From Catajapyx aquilonaris (lineage: Eukaryota), in the NCBI GenBank assembly GCA_000934665.2, contig KZ538863.1:1-43829 (forward strand): DNA of 43,829 nucleotides, read 5' to 3'. The notes below the pieces were generated by a model, which searched no databases, was not told the origin of the DNA, and was given only the letters and a program-made list of their open reading frames with translations. Shown here one piece after another: positions 1 through 11,455 of this stretch (its first letter is position 1; each line of letters starts with the position of its first letter). A program made the position numbers and the translations under genes.

Positions 1-73
1 CACTTGCAAAGTCTCCCTTGTGATTCACTAAGGCGGGTAGTACGTGTACGCAAAAAATGTAAGTGTGTAACCC

Positions 74-360
74 CCGAATTTCAAGAAAATCGGTGAGATT
101 GGAATTTGACCTCTGCCCTCCTCATAATTAGGTCACGATGTCATTTAGATCAGGTAACTATAGGTGCGTTTTTCATCCCTTGGTGTGGGCTACCAATGCA
201 CCGAATTTCAAGAAAATAAGTGAGGTCAAAATTTTATGATTTGACCTCTGCCCCCCTCAAAATTGGGTCACGAGGTCATTTTGATCAGGTAACTATAGGT
301 GCGTTTTTCATCCTTTGGTGTGGGCTACCAATGCACCGAATTTGAAGAAAATCGGCGAGG
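74..360. repeat. ~135-bp tandem repeat, ~2.2 copies
   Basis: CCGAATTTCAAGAAAAT...TTTGACCTCTGCCC...GATCAGGTAACTATAGGTGCGTTTTTCATCC...GGGCTACCAATGCA recurs at ~74, ~201 and partially at ~336. Confidence 0.85.
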
Positions 361-599
361 TCATAAAATTTCCGGAAAAGGGGGGGGAAAAAACTCAGGC
401 CCTGGGGTAATGCAAGCCTTCAAAAACTCCGTCATCAAAGGGTTAATAGAAGCGCTTAACGATGACGTAGCAGCGACGTGTAAAATTGCCCACTTCGATT
501 GCGCCGAAGTGGGACATTTTACGCGTCGCTGCTACGTCATCGCAAAATCACTGCTATTAATCGCCGTTATAAAACTACACTTGAATTTGGACCACCCTG

Positions 600-900
600 T
601 ATAGCAAATAACCTTATTAACAACAGCTATGTAGCAAATAACATTCTTAGACGACAGCTAAATAGCCAATAACCTCGGCAATAACTATCTTAGATGATAG
701 ATAAAAAGCCAATATTATTATGAACAATGGCTAAATAGCAAATAACATTCTGACGTGATAGCTAAATGGCAAATAACCTCGCAAATAACAGTCTCAGATG
801 ATAGATAAATAGCCAATAACTTTATTGACAATAGCTAAATAGCCAATAACACACTTAGATGATAAACAGCTAATAACAGTCTTACACGATAGCTGATATC
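600..900. repeat. Degenerate AT-rich minisatellite (ATAGCTAAATAGCCAATAAC-like)
   Basis: About ten decayed units of ~30 bp are visible. Confidence 0.7.
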
Positions 901-2114
901 AGTAATATGTTGCTAATAATTGCTAATGCAGTCGATAATATTAAAGGTAACAACCAGCCTATATTCCCTACTCTGAGGGTGGGAGTGGGGGGGCAACGGG
1001 CGCCGTGTTGCCGCTCTGTTCTTCTCTCGTTCTGTCCGCTGTGTCTGTGTCCTTAGGGTCTCGTTTCGTGCAGCCTCACGTCCACAAAAACAGTCCCGGC
1101 GCACCCAAAAATCGTCAGCAGAGACATAGACAGTGGGCCTGTGGACCTACAAGCTCCATTTTTGAATTTCGTCCTCCGGCTCGACTCCCCTGTGGCAAAT
1201 GCGTTTCCCATCCCAGATGCGGTGTTTGTGGACCGATCCGGACCGGACCAAGACCGGAGGCAGCGCCGGTCATCCCTCCGTGCAACGCAAAAAACCGCAT
1301 GTTTGTACCTCCCGTAGGAGCGAGGATATGTCGAACGAAGACGATGAATCCGCACCAGTTTTTCTCCTCGCTTTGCCTGAAAAGTGGCGCGAACGCCAGG
1401 TACCCGGCCCTCTTAATCGCCGTTATAAAACGACACTTGAACTTGGACCACCCTGTATAGCCAATAATATAAAATGTGCTATCATAGCTAATGTAGTCAA
1501 TAATAATATTAGTACTACTAAAAGCAACTGGTAATAATATGAATAACTGACATTCTTGAAAGCTAAAGTGATACGTACAATTGCTATAATAACAGAGTCT
1601 ACTATATTCCTATTTGTTATTGTCAATAATAACTAATGTAACGAATTATTGAATAATGATCAGCTGAAATCGCAGCCTGAATAAACGATTGCGCAAGTAT
1701 GCAAATAATATCCCGGGAAGTGCAGGGTGATCAAAATCTGGGCTTTAATGAGCGGCTGGCTGCAGTGTTGTTGCGTCACTTTTCCAGGCCCGCCAACCCC
1801 ACCCCGCCCAACTCAGACAAAGTTCATTCATATTGCAACGCGGCCTCTCTCTTTTTTAAAAAAAAAATAAAAATAAAATAAAAATTTGCACCTAAACCAG
1901 GCATGGCAACGAAAATAGGTCGCATCTAGTTAAAATAACATGTCGCTTGAACTTTGCTCACTCGGCTGGAAAAAAAGGGGGGGAAAGGTGGGGCCAGAAA
2001 AACAATCGATGGACCCGATCTCCCCGATGCATGTTGGCAGCCACCGGGTGTCCCACAAGTCAAGCCCCCATCATAAATACGTAGCTGCGACTCACCCTTT
2101 TGGTCCGATTGCAG

Positions 2115-3072
2115 GCAAGAAGTTCTTCCCGATAACGTTCCTGGGCAGCATACTGTGGATAGCGGGCTACTCGTACCTGATGGTGTGGTGGGCGACGACG
2201 ATCGGCAACACACTGACCATCCCCCCGGAGGTCATGGGGCTGACCTTCCTCGCCGCGGGGACCTCCATCCCTGACCTCATCACCTCAGTCATCGTCGCCA
2301 GGAAGGGACTAGGAGACATGGCCGTCTCCTCATCCATCGGATCCAACATCTTCGACGTCTGCGTCGGGTACGTACCAATTGTTGCCGATCACTTGTCACT
2401 CCTAATGAGCAACAAGTCAAAAGGTGGAAAAACTTATTATAAGCAGTATGTTTGTTTGTCCGGGGTGAGTAATCACCTCGACTCAGCCACCTCTCATAGA
2501 TGTCGTATCCTCCCTCTCACCACACTCCTACCACTGTCAGGGTCGTGCTTAGTCGAGGTGATGACTCACCCCGGACAAGCCCCCTGACACTCCTACCCCA
2601 GCCTTATGGAGACCCTCGTGAGTTAACTCTTCTCCCCCAGAGAGAGGGAGTTGTCGCCTCGGCGCTGGTGTAGTCCCCAACTACACCAGCGCCGAAGCGG
2701 CAACCTCCAGGAATGGGTGCCCGAGCTAAGCTCACACTAAAAGGGTGGGAGTGCCTTACTATAAGACCGCGTGCCCCGGACAGACATACAGCCGATTAGT
2801 AAGTAACCCGTGGTCTTCTGCACATCCTCAGCCTTCCCCTGCCGTGGCTCCTGTACGCCATAATCTTCGGCAAGCCCGTGGAGGTGTCGAGCAAAGGCAT
2901 GGCCTGCTCCATCGTGATCCTGTTCTGCATGCTGCTCTTCGTCATCCTCTCCATCATGTGCTTCAACTGGCGCATGAACAAGGGACTCGGAGTCAGCATG
3001 TTCCTGCTCTACTTTGTCTTCGTCGCCATCTCGCTCTCCTTCGAGTACAAGTACATTTACTGCCCCGTCTGA
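2115..3072 (+). CDS. K+-dependent Na+/Ca2+ exchanger (NCKX / SLC24 family), last two coding exons; 5' part lies upstream of the window
   Basis: Exons 2115-2367 (after gcag, before gtacgt) and 2832-3072 (after ctcag, ends TGA) join in phase 2. The product is [26 protein letters not shown]...[52 protein letters not shown]...CPV. This is the alpha-2 repeat and C-terminus typical of NCKX (Nckx30C/NCKX2-like), with the acidic residues in GTSIPD and SNIFD. Confidence 0.95.
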
Positions 3073-3678
3073 ACACATGTACTCGGAGAAAAAGAGTACG
3101 ACGAAGCCGCTTCCGAATATAAACCCCCGACCCCCCTCCCCATTTCACCCACAGTGAGTGCGTGACGGTGAGTGACACATTTCGACGAATAAACTCTGCT
3201 GCCGGACGTACGCTCTCCCCCCCCCCCTCCCAATTTTTTGCATGCTTCGTACGGGTACGGTGTTACGTTACAGCGATATGGACCTACACCCCCAGGCCCG
3301 CCGCTAATTATACTTACCTTATTATAGGCTATGTACTTAGCCTGCCTTTCTTCACTACCCTCTCCCTCCCATGCTCCCCCACTGTGTGCGTCTGTCGCTC
3401 GGAATCGCTTTACGCGTTCACAGCGAGCGAGCCAACTTCTCGCCAGGTTGTCATTTATCGCTCCCGCTACAGGTCCGTCTTATTAGCCACGACGTGATGT
3501 TCGTACCAGGACGCTCAAAACGCACGTAACGCAACTTTCTGTCATAAAAGGGTTTTAAGCTATCGTCGTGACAAACATCGTAACACTGACTGACTCGAGC
3601 TGACAGGAGAACGTGTTAGGTCTTGTCATGCGTTACCGTTACATGTCACGTAACGTGTCACGTCGGTGATCGTTACGT

Positions 3679-4029
3679 CAGGGAGCATACACTACATAAG
3701 AGGCGCAAACATTCGCTTTCCGCGTCTCTCTGTTTGGGGCCGTTGCCAAGGCTGGCGGCCATTTTGAAGTGGGGACAACGCCAACGAGGTATAAATAGGG
3801 TACAGGCAAAAACAGGGTCCGCCATCTTTGATGGTTTCGGCGGCCATGGCTACTACACGGCAAGAACACGCGCGAATCAAAGATGGCGGACCCAATTTTT
3901 GCCTGTACTCTATTTATACCTCGTTGGGGTTGCCCACACATCAAAATGGCCGCCAGCCTTGGCAACGCCCCCAAACAGAGAGGCGCGGAAATCGAATGTT
4001 TTCGCCTCTTATGTAGTATATGCACCCTG
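3679..4029. mobile_element. Fold-back MITE family A, copy 1 (CAGGG...CCCTG, ~150-bp inverted arms)
   Basis: Long imperfect inverted arms surround a ~45-bp spacer. A 7-bp direct repeat, GTTACGT, lies at 3672-3678 and 4030-4036. A second copy is at 35219-35579. Confidence 0.88.
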
Positions 4030-6881
4030 GTTACGTCGTGACGACCATCGTAACACTGACCTTAGCTCACTGGAGAACGTTATGCGTTACGTTCCGTGTC
4101 ACGGACGTGACATGTCACATCGGTGACCGTTACGTCATGAAGAACGTAACACTGACCTGCGATGACTGGAAACGTGCTGTCTCGTTACGCTACGTTACGT
4201 CACGTCACGCTAGGTGTTACGTTACGTGCATTTTGAGTCTCCCAGTGCGAATATGCCTCAAGATCGTTCACACGCTGCGTACGCTCTTCCTGCGTGACGT
4301 CAGCGCAGAGAACGTTAGCCACGCAAAAGCGAAACCCTCAACGTTCATACCCCGTGTAAACTGGCCTTAACGGTGGTTACGTTAGCGTCTAATGTTTTTT
4401 TTTTTTTACCGGGTGGGTTTCCCCAGTTATTTGTATTGCCAGTTAGGTCCGGCCAACTTTTGTTGAAGTTAATTCCGGTTTGCGGGGGAGGTAACAATGA
4501 ACAAAGCAAACAATGGAGCGAAAAGACCACGGTCCCCGACGAAAATATTGGCTTTTTTTGAGCTAGGACTTGTACTTGCTTAGGACGTACAACCTAATAA
4601 TTGTCACAACATATCCGATTAGTCACTTTTTGCCTTGTTGCAGACTCGCCTCGACGGTAGCCTCCGAAATCGGCGTCACGGACGTGACATGTCACTTGAC
4701 CGTCACGTTCGACATATTCCGTGTCAGTGAGATACATTCGTGACAAATTACCGACCGTAACTCACGTGTAACTGTTACGTTATAAGTGGATGTTGAGACC
4801 GTTACGACCGTGACATGTTACGTCTGTGATCGTCGAGTCCACGCTATGGCATACACCGGCGTGACATGTCGCATCAGTTACATGTACGATGTCATATCGA
4901 TGAGTGACTCTCACGTCACGAAATATCGAGTATCGGGGCTTATCGTTTCTATAGGCGAGCAAAATGGGGTCAATGAAGGAAATCTGGTGTCGCGATAACC
5001 AATAAAAGTGGACCAGTTACGCTGAAAAAACTTCTTTTTTTGCGACCACTTCAGGGTAACTGCTCAAAAGAAAAAAAGAAAAAAGAAGCCAGACCAATCG
5101 TGATACGTACTTGACCAAACGGTAGTGTCGTGTTACTTAACGAGCTGACGTAACAGATTTAGAAAGGCAAAAGTAGCGCATCCACACCGACGAATCAGAA
5201 AGCCCAGAATATTTCGCACCGCTGTGATTGGCTGATCGGACTGGCTGTGTCGTTGAGCGAGCCAGAATTTGACCAATCACAATGCATGACGTCATTCATT
5301 CAGATTGTGACGTCACATCTGCCGTCCGCTCAAAGAAAACCGTAACTCAAAATCGCTTGCGGCGAGAAAAGTAAGCAAATGTTACCGAAAGCATCCAAGA
5401 GGTGGCGTTGAAGGAAGTGAGAAAGGAACGGGCATCCAAACTCCACCTGTTGGATGATTTTGGTACCACTACTTTTTTTTTCTCGCCGCAAGGGAAAGTG
5501 GATGTTGAGTTACGGTCTTCTTCGAGCGGATGGCAGACATGCGCGGTTGCGGAAAGGAGGCTACACACGGGCAGTTGGCCAATGAGTTGGCCAACTCCGA
5601 CTCCAACTGCGGAGGCAACCTGCTCGTGTGTAGCCGCCTTAAGGTAGCAGACCTGAGCGACTCGCCTGTCATGGAGGCTCTTTCCGTGACTGTACTACAC
5701 CCGAATCACGATAACTGTAGCGCTGAAGCAGTGCGTTACGTGTACTGTACCGGCGGTCTTTTCGCTTCCCCCCAAAGGACGACCCGATAGTGAACAATCG
5801 CGACTGTTTCAGACACACACACATACACTTATATGCAGTTAGACACCCTTCCTATATGTAGTGATTGGTCCATTGACAAAGCGCGTCCGGCAGCAGGCCA
5901 CGCCTCTCAAAGTGAATCGAACCGGATGTGCTGCGCATGCGCATAACGAAGACTTTAAAAAAAAGAAGTTCAGATCGCTGTGCCTATTCGTGTGTACATC
6001 CCTCCCACCCCTCCACCCCTGCCTCAACACACACACATAACAATCACATGTGTACGGAGCACAACCGTGCACTCTGTCGGTGCTGTTTTCAAAGTAACGG
6101 GAATATAAGCAGCTTAATGGGCTGAGCTGTTAGTAGCCGCTATTAACTTCGGCGCAACAATACAGTTTTTTTTTAATGTGTAAAAAAAATGGACGTTTAC
6201 ATTCAACAATATCGCAATAACTGGGGGGCGGCATCCAAGAACACTTGTGAATTGAAATGGGTACGAAACGGGCACTGAAAACATGCCCGGAACGGTCTGG
6301 CGCGTTCCGGTTTGTGCCATCCCCACTCGTTTTAGGATTGGCAGCCACTATGACGTCAGAAAAATGGCTGGAATCACGTGATGTGTGACGTCATAAAAAT
6401 AGCGGGATTGTTTGAAATGAAATAAATTTTTTAATATTTTTTTTTTCCTCGGGGGGGGTGGAAGGGTGGGAGGGATGGGGTCAGACCAGTTGAATGGATA
6501 AAAAAAAAAGCATGGTTATATAAAAAATAGAGATATAATATCTATTTGCCTTCCCATATATTTAAAAGAAAAAAGAGAGTGAGAGTGAGAGATATGAAAA
6601 ATAATAATAATAATAATGTCCAAAAAAACGCGTCCATCACACCCATTTGTTACCCACTTTGTTGAGCCTTTGGTAGGATTTATTTTTTTGCCCTATTGTT
6701 GTCTTGTTACTATTTTTCTAAAGGGAGAGGGAGGGGGGGAAGCCATTATCTAATTGATCGGCTGACTGACTGATTGATCGCCGGATATTGTAAAGATTCT
6801 TGCATTATAATGGCTGTGTTGTTGGGAGAGATTTAAAAAAAAACAGAGTATTTAATTAATTATAACCTGAGATGGGGGGAA

Positions 6882-6967
6882 TGATCTTTTACTACGGGAC
6901 GAAGTGGTGGGATTTGGCAAAGCCACAATAACGTTCGTTGGCCACTTCGCCGGCGTAGTAAAGATCA
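6882..6967. repeat. Small inverted-repeat element family C, short copy
   Basis: TGATCTTTTACTACG..CGAAGTGG...CCACTTCG..CGTAGTAAAAGATCA. A longer copy is at 7929-8176. Confidence 0.7.
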
Positions 6968-7450
6968 GTCTTCCTGATGGGATGGTCTCCGGTCGACCAA
7001 GTTCACCTGCGTGTATAAGCCTTCTCTTTCCCCCTCGCAGCTAATTGGTCGAGCTTTTATGTTGACCTGCTTGACCTCCCCCATATATAGTGTGTCTGTC
7101 CTTGCCTGGAACTTGCAACCTCTAGGTGGAGGGTGTTTTAAACCAAAAAAAATATATATAGAGGGAGACTAACAGGCAGTAGATATGTGACAAAATAAAT
7201 GGTGATAAAGCCAAGTGCGGCACGTTTCTATGCAAAAAAAAAATCTTATTCATTTTTTTAAAAAGTACTCAAACATATGATTTTAAAGTTTCACCTTACT
7301 GACCTTTTCGCTGACCCCAATAATATCGTGGCCTCAGTAACCCCTCGTTACTTTTAAGTGTAAGGCACAGTGCTCTGTCGCTTCCAGGAGCTCAAAATAA
7401 AGCTATTTTGAGCTTCGGGAGAGTAATTTTCTCCATCCTCCCCCCCCCCC

Positions 7451-7525
7451 NNNNNNNNNNNNNNNNNNNNNNNNNNNNNNNNNNNNNNNNNNNNNNNNNN
7501 NNNNNNNNNNNNNNNNNNNNNNNNN
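7451..7525. other. Assembly gap flanked by poly-C
   Basis: A run of N. Similar gaps lie at 20425-20437 (poly-G) and 36762-36864. Confidence 0.98.
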
Positions 7526-7928
7526 CCCCCCCCCCCCCCTAAAGGACGGGCTACCTTTTTAATGAGCCTTTCTTTTTTCCTATACATTCAAAAACCCCTG
7601 CTGCCCCTTTTTGTGCCTAGAGTAACTTTTGTAATGTTTGTTAGTCTTATCATCAAACCGGGGGAATATAAGGACACAGCGGTACTCATCTGCATCCACG
7701 ATATTATGACAGGGTAGAATTTTTCCTATTCCGTTTGTACATGTTAAACGTGTTTTTGTACGCGCTTTACTAAACATATTCATATACGAGTAATTAGTAT
7801 ATACATAAATATGGGAGGTGCAGGTTGCAGGCAGATCAGGACAGACTTGTGCACATCCTTATCAGTTCAATTATTGCTGTTTCTGGTAATTGCTCCAGTG
7901 TAAAAAGCAGGGACATAAACTTGGGGAA

Positions 7929-8176
7929 TGATCTTTACTACGGGACGAAGCGGTCCGAATAGCATTGACAAAACCACAATAATGTTCGTTGGATACAGCA
8001 ATCATGCTAGTGGACGAACCTTGCCTGGCGAGGCCACACAACATACAGTAATTTTGAATTTCCATAGTCCACCGCCCAGCTTCGCAACTGACTAAAATTA
8101 TCATGCTAATGGGCAGACCTTGCCTGGCGGGGTCACGAGAGAGACACCCGCCACTTCGTCACGTAGTAAAAGATCA
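7929..8176. repeat. Small inverted-repeat element family C, long copy
   Basis: It has the same termini and CCACAATAA.GTTCGTTGG interior as 6882-6967, plus ~160 bp of extra internal sequence. Confidence 0.7.
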
Positions 8177-10953
8177 GCCAAGAAACTTGGTTTCGGAGAC
8201 TGCGTCTTTTGTTCCAGCATGGTTAATACAGACGGCCATACATTTTTCTTTGCTTTAAAAAAAATTAATCGACACTTTGGCAGGAATATCTGACAGCGAG
8301 AATAATTATCGTACTGAGCACGTACAGGAAGAAAAGAAAAAAAAAGTGTGTTTTGCGAGGAAGCTGGTCTAACTGGGAGCACTGGCACACTTTTTTTTAA
8401 ATATTTTACCAATTCTCTAGGGACGCACAAGCACCAAACCTTTGAACTCTATGTGTGACTGTCAGACAAACTTTAAAAATAATAAAATAAAATAAAAAAC
8501 ATAATTAACTTCTAGCCAGGTGAACTTAGGGACAGGTGACGTAGCCGTTTCGCCTCTACAACTGCTGTTACAAACTTTAAAAAAAAGAACTATAGACAAA
8601 ACCAATCATCCCTTTTCTCCTCCTTCCCAATCCTCAATCAAACTGAATCAATCCCCCCACATAATCCAAATAATAAAGCGCATGAATATCCGAAAAAAAT
8701 AATTTAATAATAATAATAATAAAGCCCATATGTTAATAGCTCATCGCTAAGGATGGCAAAAAAAAAAGGCGTCAGTTATTTCGGGAGAATAACTCTTGCG
8801 ATTGGAATTTATAGCCTTTTTGATCCACCCTGTAGGAGTCTAGGACCACTTGTTATTGGTCTAGTCTCCATCTGATGAAAAAAACTATGTGTGTTAATCA
8901 CTTTACTATGGACTCCCATGTTAACAAAAAGGAAATAAGAGGCATTGTGAGATAAGACTTTTTTGGAGGGATAATTTTTTTTTTTTTAATATTTAAAAAG
9001 AAACGGATAAATATTCAAGGTGCAGCTTCCACGCCAATAGACGTTAGCGAGCAAATTTATAAGTGGGGCCCGATATTGATTGATCTGCAGGCAATATTTG
9101 GAACAGAATTGGATCCGCAACATCGGAGAAAAAGAGAGAGGAAAGTTTCTTTTTTACCTCTCTCTCTCTCTCCCTCTCGAAGGAAAAAAAAAGTCTGATA
9201 ATGAACCGATGTTAGTCGATCCAATTCCAGTCCAAATAAAACTTGTGATACTCGAGAATATGAAGCCTTTTTCCAATTACTTGCTCACAAGAGTGGAAAC
9301 TAAAAAGTTTCTGGGCGATTACTATGATATTCATATTTATTACGACCATTTTTCTTTTTTTTCCTCCCCGCCCGCCGTTTGAAAGGTAGTCGATTGAAGA
9401 ATTTCCCTTTCGGTTCTGCCCGTTGTTACTTGTAAGAGCAGAATTCTGCAATTAAGAATTTCCAATTACAAGTACGGTATAACAATGATGCAAACAAGTC
9501 GGCGGCAAAAACACATTACAATTTCAATCGTGGAACCGCGCTTCGTAGCGATGTAACAATATTGCCCCAGGATCATACCAATCATTAACTGTCCCGTTAT
9601 ACAAGTGACATAAAATTGTTACACACTTCATTGAGAAAAATAATATCTCTCCAGATCTTCCAACCTTCCCCCCAATTCTGGCACACTCATGTTTTATGTT
9701 TTAATCCTCCCCCCCTCCCCCTTCGCCCCTCCGTTGAATTAATTGGACCCACTTTTTAACGTATGATCCCATCCCCCCCCAATTAACCGGTACCTAACTA
9801 CTTCTTTTTTTTTCTTCCTCGTGTACATAACTGTGTAATTAATGTAAAAAATAATAATAATAACCCCCCAAAAAAATGTCTACACTCTTAGACAGGATGT
9901 AAAAAAATCATATCTGTAATAACGATTACGCTTGAATTGTTGTTTGTTGTTGTTGTTTAAGAAAAGAAGCAAAAAGGTGTTTTTAAAACGAACCAAAAAA
10001 AAAAGTGGGAAGCACTTGGTTTACCCGAAAAGGAGGGGAGCTCTAATAATATATAAATATTACCAATAATAATAATACTACTACTAATACTACTACATAA
10101 TAACTGCTAATAATGATTCGAGGAGAATGGATATGAAAAAAAACATGAACATTGCAGGTGTCTAAGGCCTGAGTTTCACAACGATTAACGATTAATGAGA
10201 GTACGGTATGAGAGAGAGAGAGAGCAAGAGAGCGAGCGAGAAATATATACATGACACGAGAAAAGGAGTGGACTTGTCCAATAATTACAGTAAGTCTTTA
10301 TTGCACTTTGATAATAAATTATGGAAACGTTAACAGGCTCAGGTTTATGCAAAAGGGGGAAAAAAAATACACTGTTCCAGCTCAGGATAACAAGCGTGAA
10401 AAAAATATATACTTATTACAAAATACCACGTGGAAAAATGTGGCACATATATTTATTTTAATGCAGTACTTTGAATTATCCAAGTACAGTCATCCTACAT
10501 GTTACGCCAACCAATTTTGGCGTCATCGTTCGTTACTGTGCATAATGACAACAATAGTGATGTCAGTACAAATGTTAAGCCATTAAGGTTAGTCCCGTAA
10601 ATGCAATTAACCGAGTAATTTTGGACTGTGCGAAAATACATCGTACGGTAACAAACACTTGCTCATTACGGAATGTTCAGTTGGTCCCATGATCAGTAAT
10701 TACTGTCCCATTTAGTGCAAATAATTTTTGCCTGATTGAAACAGTATATTGCGGACTTTGACGTAACTGACATTCGCATCTCTCTGGTTGGAATGCCTCA
10801 CGCAAGAGATCGACCAGAATAATAAGTCACAGGATGACTGTACGTGTTACTTCGGAAATCAGTGGAATGTATTCAGTTGGGGGGAATTACATGGCACCAA
10901 AAATACGTGTCGTGCTTACTAGCATGAAACGTCAGTAGTCTGTCTGTATATTA

Positions 10954-11270
10954 CAGGGTGATTCAACAGACTTTCAAGGCAGTTACCCATTTCTTTCTGT
11001 TGTAGATATTTTTCAGAAACGTATCTCGGTACAGATAGATCGAGGTACGGCTTAGTCTGTCCAAATGAAATCTGGGATTGTCAGAGAAGCACACTTTTTG
11101 TAAAGGGCTCGTAACTTTATGCAATAATAGTGTAAATAAAACTTTACTTGTCACTACTGCCTTTTGAAGCAACATATGGTAAAATTTGCAGCAAAAATGG
11201 AGCTAGCACGTTAATAATTATAGAAACAAAATTTTAATTGGGTCAACTGATTGAGTTCTGATGCACCCTG
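10954..11270. mobile_element. Degenerate Tc1/mariner-type MITE
   Basis: TA|CAGGGTG...CACCCTG|TA, with decayed subterminal similarity (CAGTTACCC / GGGTCAACTG). Confidence 0.6.
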
Positions 11271-11455
11271 TAATTCAGTTCATTGATTGCTGCTCATTTC
11301 AAAAAGTACTGCCCATTATTACAATCGACATTTACTTATTTTTTAATTCCAGAATTTTCTTACCGCACCGTAAAAGCACAAACTGCCTTTACATCTGCGA
11401 TGTTATTCTTGATGAAAAGCTTTTAAAAAATCAGTCAGTATGGTTCCAACTGCTT

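Noticed and set aside
3623..4126. 167-aa ORF similar to ORF 35063-35566, suggesting a gene family
   Set aside because: The similarity is confined to the fold-back MITE and appears on both strands because the element is palindromic.
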